Shown here piece after piece: positions 15,682-24,889 of a stretch of 64,000 nt of DNA. Each line of letters starts with the position of its first letter. Position 1 is the stretch's first letter. The DNA comes from an uncultured bacterium. GTDB lineage: Bacteria > Fermentibacterota > Fermentibacteria > Fermentibacterales > JCC-6. Position numbers and translations under genes: made by a program. The stretch spans positions 1,647 to 65,646 of the forward strand of contig CBDVBK010000006.1 of the NCBI GenBank assembly GCA_965372215.1, in the 5' to 3' direction. Under the pieces are notes generated by a model. That model saw only the letters and a program-made list of their open reading frames with translations. It did not search any database and had not been told where the DNA came from.

Positions 15682-18033
15682 ATGATTACCGGCTATAATC
15701 CCGTTTCAAGAACGCTCACCACAGGTATAGGAAACCTGATAGATCTTATAAGGTTTCCCGATACTCTGGTCCCGCCCGAACACCCGCTGAATGTTAACAG
15801 AAGACAGAGGGCTCATATCAGGTTTCAGAGGAAGATGGAAAAAGAGGGCTGGAAAAAGGAGATTCCGGTTGAACTGAAACTGGAAGTTCATGGGATCAAT
15901 TTCCATATAAGAGGCAGGCTGGATCTGCTCCTGGAATCGGATGGGAATTTTGTTCTTCTCGAAGTTAAGACGATTCCCTTTCAGCCGGATTTTGAAGACC
16001 CTGTTGACAGCAGGATCAGACATGTGCTGCAGCTCTGTTTCTATGCAAAAGCACTTGCCGTCGAACGACATATATCCCCGGAATCAATTAAGACAAGTCT
16101 TGTCTACCTTGTAATGAAAACAAAAACGCCTGAAAGATATGATTTCCCGGTTGATGTGTCTGGAATGCAGGTTGAAAAAGCCTGGCTCAGGCATCTTGAG
16201 AGTATTGCGGATTATCTGAATGAAGAGGACGGGAGAAAGAGGGAACAGGTTTCCTCTCTTGCGAATATCAGTTTCCCCTACAGTTCTTTCCGGACAGGTC
16301 AACAGGAAATGGTCGATGATGTGAGATCCGCCATAATCGATCAGGCCTGTCTGATGCTTCAAGCTCCGACGGGCACCGGAAAGACAGCTGCGGTTCTGTT
16401 CGGAGCTCTTCAGGAAACAGTTCCGCGAAGATTAACACTGTTTTTCCTGACTGCAAAAAATACTCACAAACAGATTGTTGATGAAACTCTCAGGTTGATT
16501 ATCAGCGCAGGACTTCCGCTTCGAGCGATATTCATTACGGCGAGAGAGAAAGTGTGCCTGAGAGGAAGATCATCCTGTCTGCCTGATGATTGCCCTTTCG
16601 CCTCAGATTTCGGGAGAAGAGTAAGAGAATCAGATGTATTGGAGAATCTTCTGAATCGAAAGGTAATAGGCCCGGATAGTCTGGTGGAAATGTCGAAGAA
16701 AGCCGGTGTCTGCCCGTTCGAACTGCAGCTGATTATTTCAACAAGATGTGATGTAGTAACATGTGATTACAATTACGTTTTCGATCCACATGTCTACCTC
16801 AAACGGTTCTTTATGGAGAAGCTCACTTCAGGTATATGCTCCCTCCTGATCGATGAAGCGGCAAATCTGCCGTCCAGAGCAAGGGATTACTATTCCCCTG
16901 AAATAAGGCTATCCTGGGTCGAGCAGCTTCTGACTGACCATCAATGTCCGAAGCACAGAAGAAAACTGCTCGAACCCTGGGAAGAGAAGTTCCGGGAATT
17001 TAACAATCTTCTGAAACAGAACATCAATCAGGAGTATGAACTCCCACCGGATACGGAACTTTCACTGCATGTTGAACGATGGATAAATCATTTCATTGAA
17101 CTGAAAGACGCTCCGGAAGAACTCAGACTGATGTTCAGATCGATCCTGGATTTCTCGAAGATATCTGATTCCTATGACAGCAGGTTTCATCTGCTGTTCC
17201 GTGAAGAAGGAAACGACAGAGTTCTTCAATGGTTCTGCACGGATCCTTCCGAATTCCTTAATGAAAGGCTTCAAGCCTGTCACAGTTCCATCGCTTTCTC
17301 CGCTACACTCACACCATTTGACCATTTTAGAGATCTGCTTGGATTCCCTCCCGGACCGGAAACCAGAAATAGAATTATCTCTTATCCGTTTCCGGAAGAG
17401 AATCTTGGGGTTTGGATTGATTCGAGCATAGATACTCGATACAAGTATAGAGAACCGTCAGGAACACTCCTCGCCGAGAAATTAAGGAGTATCTATTCAA
17501 GCGTACCCGGTACATGGCTCGTCTTCTTCCCATCTTACGCATACATCGATCTTATCAGAGGATTTCTTGACGAAAGTTCCTTACCTCTTCTAATCCAGAC
17601 TCCCGGGATGACCGGTGAAGAAAGGATTTCCTTCATCTCTCAAATAGAATCAGGTTCCCATCTTGTCCTTACGGTCTCGGGCGGGATTTTCGCTGAGGGA
17701 ATTGATCTGCGATCAGATACTCTCAGAGGCGCTGTAATTGTGGGGCCATCACTTCCGGGAATGAACTTCCGTCTGAAGCTGCTTTCAGAAAGTTTTTCAA
17801 TCCGAAATAGAAATGGTTTTCTTCATACATGGGCAATTCCGGGCATGGTGAGAGTAATTCAGGCAGCTGGAAGACTCATCAGAAACGGAGAACAGCGAAG
17901 GGCAATTATTCTTATTGGAAAAAGATTCACCAGATACCCCTATGTAGGTCTTTTACCTGAACACTGGTTCAGTAATGGATCAATACAGTTGTTGTCCAAC
18001 GGATTGGATGATGTAATAGCGTTCATGAAATGA
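15682..18033 (+). CDS. PD-(D/E)xK (RecB/Cas4-like) nuclease domain fused to an XPD/DinG-family Fe-S helicase
   Basis: ORF from TTG 15667; the first ATG at 15682 clears the terminator T-run. Residues are numbered from 15667. Nuclease motifs: RLD86, E99-V-K101, Q122-x3-Y126. Helicase motifs: Walker A QAPTGTGKT (232-240), four Cys (297/304/309/349) at the XPD-type Fe-S position, a DEAH-like LIDEAANL box, and a Helicase_C_2-like C-terminus (GIFAEGIDL, QAAGRLIR). Confidence 0.8.
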   Translation: MITGYNPVSRTLTTGIGNLIDLIRFPDTLVPPEHPLNVNRRQRAHIRFQRKMEKEGWKKEIPVELKLEVHGINFHIRGRLDLLLESDGNFVLLEVKTIPFQPDFEDPVDSRIRHVLQLCFYAKALAVERHISPESIKTSLVYLVMKTKTPERYDFPVDVSGMQVEKAWLRHLESIADYLNEEDGRKREQVSSLANISFPYSSFRTGQQEMVDDVRSAIIDQACLMLQAPTGTGKTAAVLFGALQETVPRRLTLFFLTAKNTHKQIVDETLRLIISAGLPLRAIFITAREKVCLRGRSSCLPDDCPFASDFGRRVRESDVLENLLNRKVIGPDSLVEMSKKAGVCPFELQLIISTRCDVVTCDYNYVFDPHVYLKRFFMEKLTSGICSLLIDEAANLPSRARDYYSPEIRLSWVEQLLTDHQCPKHRRKLLEPWEEKFREFNNLLKQNINQEYELPPDTELSLHVERWINHFIELKDAPEELRLMFRSILDFSKISDSYDSRFHLLFREEGNDRVLQWFCTDPSEFLNERLQACHSSIAFSATLTPFDHFRDLLGFPPGPETRNRIISYPFPEENLGVWIDSSIDTRYKYREPSGTLLAEKLRSIYSSVPGTWLVFFPSYAYIDLIRGFLDESSLPLLIQTPGMTGEERISFISQIESGSHLVLTVSGGIFAEGIDLRSDTLRGAVIVGPSLPGMNFRLKLLSESFSIRNRNGFLHTWAIPGMVRVIQAAGRLIRNGEQRRAIILIGKRFTRYPYVGLLPEHWFSNGSIQLLSNGLDDVIAFMK

Positions 18034-18034
18034 A

Positions 18035-18059
18035 GATGGCGATGCAATGCATCGCCATC
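18035..18059. terminator. Bidirectional hairpin between convergent genes
   Basis: Perfect palindrome GATGGCGATGCA-A-TGCATCGCCATC, located between the helicase stop (18033) and the lipoprotein stop (18079). Confidence 0.6.
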
Positions 18060-18078
18060 TCCGGAATATTCTCAAAGC

Positions 18079-18405
18079 TTACTCAGTTATTTCTTCGATG
18101 CCTTCTATAACTTCACCAGCGTCTTCAATAACTTCTTCGACAGCTTCTTCAACTTCTTCTACAGCTTCTTCAACTTCTTCTACAGCTTCTTCAACTTCTT
18201 CGACAGCTTCTTCCAGGCCTTCCTCAGCCTCTTCAAGCGTTTCTTCAGTGGCTTCTTCTACAACCTCAGGGGTTTCCTCTACTACTTCAGTGGTTTCTTC
18301 GGTTGCTTCAGGAGTTTCGGTCGCGTCGTCAGCAGGCGTTTCACCACAGCCAGCTGCAAGAACAAGAAGGAAAGTCATAAGAATTCCTGTAATGAAATAT
18401 CTCAT
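18079..18405 (-). CDS. Small, highly acidic repeat lipoprotein
   Basis: Lipobox signal MRYFITGILMTFLLVLAAG-C. AGGAG RBS 7 nt upstream of the ATG. The mature part is almost entirely E/T/V/A and contains 4x EEAVEEV. Confidence 0.7.
   Translation of the reverse strand: MRYFITGILMTFLLVLAAGCGETPADDATETPEATEETTEVVEETPEVVEEATEETLEEAEEGLEEAVEEVEEAVEEVEEAVEEVEEAVEEVIEDAGEVIEGIEEITE
18130..18213. repeat. 4 x 21-bp in-frame tandem repeat inside the acidic lipoprotein gene
   Basis: AACTTCTTC(G/T)ACAGCTTCTTC repeated four times head to tail (18130-18150, 18151-18171, 18172-18192, 18193-18213). Confidence 0.9.
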
Positions 18406-18539
18406 ATTAGCTCCTTTCAGTTTTCAAAATGATTTTCTATTCTAGAATTAATTATGTTGAAGACCCCCCGCTTCATACACAAGGGTAACCAATAAGACAC
18501 GTTCAAGTTAATGTCAAGAAGAAAACCAGGCTCGCCGAT

Positions 18540-19286
18540 CTACTCCAGGAAGAGGGTCTTAATATGCCCGAAAGTGGACTGATCCAAGGCAACAGGAGCC
18601 AGTTCCACCTCATAAATGATATCAGATGTCTGGTCTGACACCCAGAAGTTATTCCCGTCATACACAAGAGCCATCGCACTGAAACTGCCTGATATCCCAC
18701 TCAGATCATAAACGTCGACAATAGTACCGGTAGTTGTTACTTCAACAATACATCTGTTGGATCCGGTGGTGAAATAGAGGTTGGTTCCATCATACGCCAT
18801 ATCTCCAGGGGATGAATACGGAATTGAAAAAGAACTCAGAACTGAACCACCTGTACTTATCTCGTAGATCGTCTGATTACCGCGACATGACATCCACAGG
18901 TTACTTCCGTCCCAGGTCAGCCCGATATCGTATGTTCCCGGACAGGTGAAAGTAGAAACATACGTACCGGAAGTCGTGTATTCATATACGTCTCCCGGAG
19001 ATCCGGTACTCAGAAGGAACATTCCCCATAAGTTTGTCCCATCGAAAGTTGCGCCGCATCCGTTCTTACCGCCCGGTTCACTGGGCTTGAACTGGCTCAA
19101 TACTGTTCCGCTGGTCGTGATTTCATAAAATCCATCGTAGTATCCGCCAAGAAGCCAGAGGTTCGTCCCGTCCCAGGCTAGCCCGTTTGTGTACTGATCC
19201 GGACTGCTGAAACTTGATAAAACGTTGACATCACCAGCTGCAACCAAAACAGAAAGAACAAGAATGACAACAAATACACCCCTCAT
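18540..19286 (-). CDS. Secreted repeat (beta-propeller-like) protein of unknown function
   Basis: ORF 18540..19349. The ATG at 19286 has GGAGG 6 nt upstream and opens a signal peptide (MRGVFVVILVLSVLVAAG). There are five (W/F/Y)DG(T/S/N)N(L/F)(W/Y) motifs, each preceding a TTSG/STGG/TTTG-containing segment. Confidence 0.65.
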   Translation of the reverse strand: MRGVFVVILVLSVLVAAGDVNVLSSFSSPDQYTNGLAWDGTNLWLLGGYYDGFYEITTSGTVLSQFKPSEPGGKNGCGATFDGTNLWGMFLLSTGSPGDVYEYTTSGTYVSTFTCPGTYDIGLTWDGSNLWMSCRGNQTIYEISTGGSVLSSFSIPYSSPGDMAYDGTNLYFTTGSNRCIVEVTTTGTIVDVYDLSGISGSFSAMALVYDGNNFWVSDQTSDIIYEVELAPVALDQSTFGHIKTLFLE

Positions 19287-19420
19287 AGCATCCTCCCCGT
19301 GCTTTTGTGATACAGCATGCATCACAATAAGAAACAATACTATCTTCATTATTGAATTGCCAGTGGTTCAATTGCTATGTAAAAGAATGCTGTACATGAA
19401 TACAGCACTGTTGTATCTGC

Positions 19421-20332
19421 TCAATCAGGAAAAAGTGAGTTGATCTTCATTGTATTTTTGAAATGCACCTTCGCTATACTGTCCAGAACATCTAATCCGT
19501 ATTTCTTAACGAATTCTCTGCAGACTGAATCAGTTACATTTCCTGCGCCCGGCATGGCTCTGATCTTATATCGATCCGTAATAACTTCCAGACCATCTAG
19601 ATAAGCATCTCTCGCAAGGATTGATGCAGCTGCGACTGCTGTATCGGACTCCCCCCTTACGCGCAGATCAAGTTCGTAATCACCAGCTGGAAGCAGATAC
19701 CTGATTCTCTTTTCAGGACAGAATTTATCGATAATAATTCTTGTTGGCTTCCGAACTTGCTTCAACAGGCGGGATATCGCTTCCGCGTGGCATTCAGCCA
19801 GAAGATCAAGACTGTTTTTTCCGGATAATTTCAGCTTATCGAATCTTTTGTTGTATTCGGCGGGATTCACTGAGATCACAGTTGAAAAGTTCAGCGCTAT
19901 ACTCCGTATTTCTCCGGCGTATTTCCTTATAATTTTGTCACTGAGTTTCTTGGAATCAGTAACACCAATATTCTGCAATTTGGCTGCGAAACTGGTATCA
20001 GCATACACCGCCGCTACTGTCAGCGGTCCCATGTAATCCCCTTTTCCAGCCTCATCGGTGCCTATCCATGTTTCATCCGGTTGCTGGGTTTCATCGTTTG
20101 AGAGCAGATCATTAATTCGATTAATGAGAACTATGTCACCACCGGCTGGAATTATCGTGAACCCATTTTTCTTTGAATAATAGAAGTTGAATCCGCAGCT
20201 GCCAGAACCATCAGTAAACTTGATCTGGATTCCATTTACCAGATCCCGCCGGCTTTCCAATTGTATCCCGTCTTTTCGAAGAATCCTGACCACGTTATCA
20301 GCCAGTTTTATCAACTCGCTCAAAAAGGTCAC
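19421..20332 (-). CDS. rnhC: Ribonuclease HIII
   Basis: ~300 aa with an N-terminal extra domain. Catalytic GTDEAGKGDYMGPL motif of the RNase HII/HIII family. Confidence 0.75.
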   Translation of the reverse strand: MTFLSELIKLADNVVRILRKDGIQLESRRDLVNGIQIKFTDGSGSCGFNFYYSKKNGFTIIPAGGDIVLINRINDLLSNDETQQPDETWIGTDEAGKGDYMGPLTVAAVYADTSFAAKLQNIGVTDSKKLSDKIIRKYAGEIRSIALNFSTVISVNPAEYNKRFDKLKLSGKNSLDLLAECHAEAISRLLKQVRKPTRIIIDKFCPEKRIRYLLPAGDYELDLRVRGESDTAVAAASILARDAYLDGLEVITDRYKIRAMPGAGNVTDSVCREFVKKYGLDVLDSIAKVHFKNTMKINSLFPD

Positions 20333-21156
20333 TCAATCTCCGGAGAATACACGGAAAAACCAGGATTTTCTACCTCAATTGGAGTTCCAGTGGTGTAATC
20401 CTCGAGAACACATACTATTTCTCCAATAACAATAGCGCTTCTCATAAGAACAGGCATATGACGTTCATCATCAGTGAGCCATACCCAGATTTCCCCCTGC
20501 TGATCAAATAGCCCCTGCGAGCGAAGTTCAGGCTGAACCATGATGCAGTCGAACTCACCGGCCGGAACTCTGATATGATCACGCTCATACACGACTATTT
20601 TCAAAGGGTAATTGTCGTTATCGATATGGCTGTCTATATAGTAAGAGTTTCCAACTTCTAGAGGAAGAGTTCGCGCGAAGTACAGGCAGCTCAGAACGTC
20701 AAGCGCGTGGGCCGGGATTTCCATCGCCATAAGTGAGGAATCAGTTTCTTCAGGATAGTAGACCATTCCAGCATCCTGATCGAACAGGACTTCTTCCTGA
20801 TATCTGAAATCCCCCTCATGAAGGTTTTTATAAAATCTCAGTGTATGGAATTGGACAATATCAAGAAAAGCCTCATTTAGATCATTAACTTCGAAGAAAG
20901 TGCTGAACGCAGGATTGGACTGAGCTGTCGCAGATATTCTGTAAGCCAGTAATCCATCGTACTGTTCGGGGCCTGTTACAGCCAGAACTGCAGTTCCAGC
21001 TTTGAGTATGCCATATTCAACACTGAATTCAAGCCTTTCTCCCGGACCGAAAGCATTATTTTCTACATACCTGGGAAGATATTCATCGATTGAGACAACT
21101 TCAGTTGAATCAGAATCAGTAAGAATAAAACTTATAATAAGGAATAATACTATCAT
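20329..21156 (-). CDS. DUF3108-like protein
   Basis: ORF extends to 21279, but the ATG at 21156 (AGGAAG RBS, hydrophobic MIVLFLIISFIL) avoids overlapping the upstream gene. GERLEFSVEYGILKAGTAVLAV is the usual DUF3108 opening pattern. Confidence 0.6.
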   Translation of the reverse strand: MIVLFLIISFILTDSDSTEVVSIDEYLPRYVENNAFGPGERLEFSVEYGILKAGTAVLAVTGPEQYDGLLAYRISATAQSNPAFSTFFEVNDLNEAFLDIVQFHTLRFYKNLHEGDFRYQEEVLFDQDAGMVYYPEETDSSLMAMEIPAHALDVLSCLYFARTLPLEVGNSYYIDSHIDNDNYPLKIVVYERDHIRVPAGEFDCIMVQPELRSQGLFDQQGEIWVWLTDDERHMPVLMRSAIVIGEIVCVLEDYTTGTPIEVENPGFSVYSPEIE

Positions 21157-21176
21157 ATGTGCTCGCTTCCTTTTTA

Positions 21177-22280
21177 TTATAGTACTCGCAGATCGGAAAG
21201 ATGTTCCTTCCCGGAAAGTGTCTGCAGGATTTCTTCCCATATTTTCCCGATAACCGGATAGCTGAATCGGGATACACATGTGTTCCTGGCTCTTCTGCCC
21301 ATCCTCAGTGCCATATCGGGATTATCAAACAGGAAACCAGCCTGTGCGGCAAGCTGTTTGTGATTACCCGGAGAATGAAAAAGCCCGGTTTCACTATCAT
21401 TAACCAGATCAAGAAGACCGTTTGTCGCTGCTGCAAGCAAAGGGAGGCCAGTGCTCATTATTTCCATTCCCGCTCGTGATACTACTTCACTTCCAAGGCT
21501 GGTCACAACACCGATGCCGCCCTCTGAGAGAATTTCCCTGATATTATCCACCCTGCCCGGCAGGTTCAGCCTGTTTTCAACACCCAGATCCCCGGCAAAA
21601 GCAAGCAATTCCTCCTGAGACTGCTGCGATGGAGGCCCTATAATAGTGGCACATACATCCTCAGGCAGCAGTGCAAGCGCACGGATCAGTGTTCTATGGC
21701 CTTTCATGGGGCTTAATCTTCCAATTGAGATGAGCTGGCGGGGGAGCGTTTCCATATGTTTCCCAGTAGTAAATAGTTCGGTATCGACAGGATGAGGAAT
21801 AACTGCAATTGCTCCCTCCCGTTCTCCGGCATACTCTCTTTCAACCATGAAACGGGATGGAAAAACCACCAGATCAGTTCTGCTGTCAATGATTCTCCAG
21901 AGTCTGCCTGTACGCGGTTTTCTAATATCACATCTTATTCGAACCAGTGGGATATCGCTTGCTGCAAGGGCACACGCAGTCTGACCATCAGCTCTTGTTG
22001 TACAAATAACATCAGGATCGAAGCTCCTGATAAGTTTTTTCATTGGAACTAAACCTGTGGCTATCGCGGATTTACTCAGACGCAACCCGGCAACTTCTAT
22101 TCCCTGCCTTGCAGCTTCAATGGAGACCGGACCACTCGGCTCGGCTTGAAGAAGTACAGTATGACCGAGTTCATTCATCATTCTAGCCAGAGCAATGCCT
22201 CCGGCAGCTGAAGCATCAACTCCATGGCAGTTAACAGTTACCAGAACTTTCAAGAAATCCTCCCCTGGTTTTTTCTTCAT
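21177..22280 (-). CDS. Glycosyltransferase family 4 (GT-B fold)
   Basis: GT4-like N-domain and a C-terminal ...GSEVVSRAGMEIMSTGLPLLAAATNG... (E-x7-E region). Confidence 0.75.
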   Translation of the reverse strand: MKKKPGEDFLKVLVTVNCHGVDASAAGGIALARMMNELGHTVLLQAEPSGPVSIEAARQGIEVAGLRLSKSAIATGLVPMKKLIRSFDPDVICTTRADGQTACALAASDIPLVRIRCDIRKPRTGRLWRIIDSRTDLVVFPSRFMVEREYAGEREGAIAVIPHPVDTELFTTGKHMETLPRQLISIGRLSPMKGHRTLIRALALLPEDVCATIIGPPSQQSQEELLAFAGDLGVENRLNLPGRVDNIREILSEGGIGVVTSLGSEVVSRAGMEIMSTGLPLLAAATNGLLDLVNDSETGLFHSPGNHKQLAAQAGFLFDNPDMALRMGRRARNTCVSRFSYPVIGKIWEEILQTLSGKEHLSDLRVL

Positions 22281-22340
22281 GGTTACTCTTGTATAATCGT
22301 ATCTGTTAATGCTGCAATATACTAAAGGAAAGAGATACAG

Positions 22341-23513
22341 ATGAAACGCTTCCTTCCATCGGATAGAATGACTTCTATTAAAATGCCGCCCATATCCTCA
22401 ATAATGCGCAGAATATCACATCTGCGATCAGAGGGAAATGTAATCTACAGCATGGCTCAGGCTGTACCATGGTATTCACCTCCAGTTCTATCTCTTGAAA
22501 AGCTCGCTGATAAACTGAGTGATCCATCTATTCACAGATACAGCCCGGATCCCGGCTACCTATCGGCAAGGTCTGCGGTAACCAGAGATTTCAGAAGGCG
22601 AAGATCAATCGACCTTGATCCAAAAAGTGAACTGCATCTTACATGCGGAGCAAGCCAGGCATTTCTAAGTGCCCTTCTGACCGCAACATCAGCGGGAGAT
22701 ACTGTTGCTGTTCTGGAACCGTACTATTTCGATCATGTGTTTGCCATCAGATTCAGTAATCTTGATCTTTGTTCAATTCAAATGATCGAGGAAGATGATG
22801 ATTGGAAAATACCTCTGTATGAGCTGGATAAAGTCCTCCAGAAGGTTTCCGTTCTTGTCCTCGTCAATCCCGGTAACCCCACGGGGAAAGTTATCTGTGA
22901 CAGTGATATGATGAGGATAGTGGAAATGACCGAGCATTCAGGTACGTTCCTGATCCTCGATGAAACTTATGAACGGTTTGTGTTCACTGGTGATAACTGG
23001 CATCCCTGGCAGGATGAACGTCCGCGACATGTGATGACTATCGGCAGTTTTTCAAAGAGTCTCGGTATGCCTGGATGGAGAATCGGATATTTGTTCGGTG
23101 CTGCTGATTTACTGATGCAGGCGCTCAAGGTTCAGGATTCAGTGGTTATATGCCCACCTTCCCCTTCGCAATTCCTGCTTGAAACAGCACTTCTGGAAGT
23201 GGACTGGATATCGAAGATGTCTGAAGGTGTGAAACACAGACTTGAACTCTGCAGGGAGGCTTTAAGAGGGAATACATTCCTTTCATGGCGGAAAGCGAAT
23301 GGAGCCTTCTTTACGCTCGCCTCATATGAAAGCAGTATGACTTCGCAGGAAGCAGCAATGTACATTCTGGATAAATATGGCTTGGGCACTATTCCAGGGT
23401 CGGCATTCGGACCGTCCGGAGAAGGACACTTGAGGATCAGTTTCGGCTGCCTCGCGGACGGAGAACTGGAACCGGCAATGGAAATTCTTTCAGGAGTTAC
23501 CTTTCCCGAATAA
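22341..23513 (+). CDS. PLP-dependent aminotransferase, class I/II
   Basis: PLP-lysine motif SFSKSLGMPGWRIGY. Also NPGNPTG and DETY motifs. Confidence 0.85.
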   Translation: MKRFLPSDRMTSIKMPPISSIMRRISHLRSEGNVIYSMAQAVPWYSPPVLSLEKLADKLSDPSIHRYSPDPGYLSARSAVTRDFRRRRSIDLDPKSELHLTCGASQAFLSALLTATSAGDTVAVLEPYYFDHVFAIRFSNLDLCSIQMIEEDDDWKIPLYELDKVLQKVSVLVLVNPGNPTGKVICDSDMMRIVEMTEHSGTFLILDETYERFVFTGDNWHPWQDERPRHVMTIGSFSKSLGMPGWRIGYLFGAADLLMQALKVQDSVVICPPSPSQFLLETALLEVDWISKMSEGVKHRLELCREALRGNTFLSWRKANGAFFTLASYESSMTSQEAAMYILDKYGLGTIPGSAFGPSGEGHLRISFGCLADGELEPAMEILSGVTFPE

Positions 23514-23547
23514 CCCGATAAACCTCCCAACCCGCAAATCCAACAGG

Positions 23548-23565
23548 GTGAAAATCTGTTTTCTG
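23548..23565. promoter_or_regulatory. Candidate operator half, copy 1
   Basis: GTGAAAATCTGTTTTCTG, containing the internal inverted repeat GAAAA..TTTTC. A second copy (17/18 identical) lies 112 bp downstream. Confidence 0.3.
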
Positions 23566-23659
23566 CTATCATTCATTGTTCTTGACATCACCTCTGCGCC
23601 CCGGATATCTTGCTTCAGAAGGCAGATAAGGAAATAGTGGAAACCTCGTTTACTCCGAA

Positions 23660-23677
23660 GTGAAAATCAGTTTTCTG
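23660..23677. promoter_or_regulatory. Candidate operator half, copy 2
   Basis: GTGAAAATCAGTTTTCTG, 33 nt upstream of the ATG at 23710. A TTGACA hexamer (23582-23587) lies between the two copies. Confidence 0.3.
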
Positions 23678-23709
23678 TCATCTACCTGAAACCGGGATTT
23701 GAGGTTTGT

Positions 23710-24840
23710 ATGTCAAGAATTAGAATAGGTATTCTGGTTGTAGCAGGAGTAATAGGAGGATTTATTCTGACTGTACGTGATATAGGTGAATCAATTGGAA
23801 CGGTTACATTCACCCAGGCCACTCCCCCGGAACCTGTTGAAGCAGATTTTTACGAGAAGCTTGAATATGAAGCGACAAGATGCGATCTGTGTTTCAGGAA
23901 ATGTGTTATCCCTGAAGGTGAAAGAGGATTCTGCCGGAATCGGGAAAATCGGGGCGGTACCCTCTATACGCTTGTATACAACATGCCTTGCGCTTTACAG
24001 GTTGATCCCATCGAAAAAGAACCGATGTACCATATACTTCCCGGAACATTCATTTTCTGTATTGGAACAGCATCGTGCAATTACCGCTGCCTTCACTGTC
24101 AGAACTGGCATATGTCGCAAAGAAGTCTGGAAGAACTTCAGAATTACTATGTAACACCATCGCAGATAGTTGATATGGCCGTTGAGCATGGATGCAGGAC
24201 TGTATCCTTTACATACAACGAACCGACTGTGTTCTATGAGTACATGTACGATATAGTGAAACTGGCAAAAGAAAGAGGACTCTTCGCAATTTTCCATACA
24301 AACGGGTCTATGAACCCCGAACCTTTGAGACAGATACTCGAATATGTTGACGGTGTAACCGTCGATCTGAAAGGTTTTACAGAGGAGTTCTACCGTGATG
24401 TATCGTCAGCCGGGCTTGATCACGTGCTCAACACCTTAAGAATAATAAAGGAAGAAGGGGTCTGGCTTGAGGTTGTGTACCTCGTCATTCCGACTCTGAA
24501 CGATGATCCCGAAGAAATAAAGCACATGTGCGAATGGATACTTGAAAATCTCGGTGAAAGCACACCGCTTCATTTTTCAAGGTTCTTTCCTGCCTACAGA
24601 CTGACAAGACTTCCCTCGACACCCCTCGAGACAATGGAGCAGGTTTACGAAATCGCTCGTGAGGTGGGTCTCGAATATGTAACGATAGGCAATGTTCCAG
24701 GCCATACGTACAATTCCACATTCTGCCCCGCCTGTGGAGAACATTTGATAGTCAGAACGCATTTCGAAGTACTCGAAAATAATATAGACGATGGCAGATG
24801 CGGATATTGTGGAGAAGAAATACCCGGTATCTGGGAGTAG
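23710..24840 (+). CDS. AmmeMemoRadiSam-system-type radical SAM enzyme with N-terminal membrane anchor
   Basis: CDLCFRKCVIPEGERGFCRNRENRGG...DPIEKEPMYH...CNYRCLHCQNW is the characteristic signature of this PFL-activase-like family. The N-terminus IGILVVAGVIGGFILTV is hydrophobic. A C-terminal CPACG...CGYCG pair is present. Confidence 0.75.
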   Translation: MSRIRIGILVVAGVIGGFILTVRDIGESIGTVTFTQATPPEPVEADFYEKLEYEATRCDLCFRKCVIPEGERGFCRNRENRGGTLYTLVYNMPCALQVDPIEKEPMYHILPGTFIFCIGTASCNYRCLHCQNWHMSQRSLEELQNYYVTPSQIVDMAVEHGCRTVSFTYNEPTVFYEYMYDIVKLAKERGLFAIFHTNGSMNPEPLRQILEYVDGVTVDLKGFTEEFYRDVSSAGLDHVLNTLRIIKEEGVWLEVVYLVIPTLNDDPEEIKHMCEWILENLGESTPLHFSRFFPAYRLTRLPSTPLETMEQVYEIAREVGLEYVTIGNVPGHTYNSTFCPACGEHLIVRTHFEVLENNIDDGRCGYCGEEIPGIWE

Positions 24841-24889
24841 AAAAAGAACCGGTCACTGTATTCAACAATCAGACAATGCTGGTGAGAAC

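Noticed and set aside
18130-18213. Tandem repeats that might be mistaken for a CRISPR array
   Set aside because: The units are contiguous 21-mers with no spacers, they are in-frame within a coding sequence, and there are no cas genes in the window.
18047-18445. 132-aa plus-strand ORF rich in Ser/Thr/Ala repeats (SSTASSTSST...)
   Set aside because: It is the mirror image of the acidic repeat gene. The minus-strand ORF has an AGGAG RBS and a canonical lipobox signal peptide, whereas this ORF has neither. It is a low-complexity artefact of the GAA/GAG-rich repeat.
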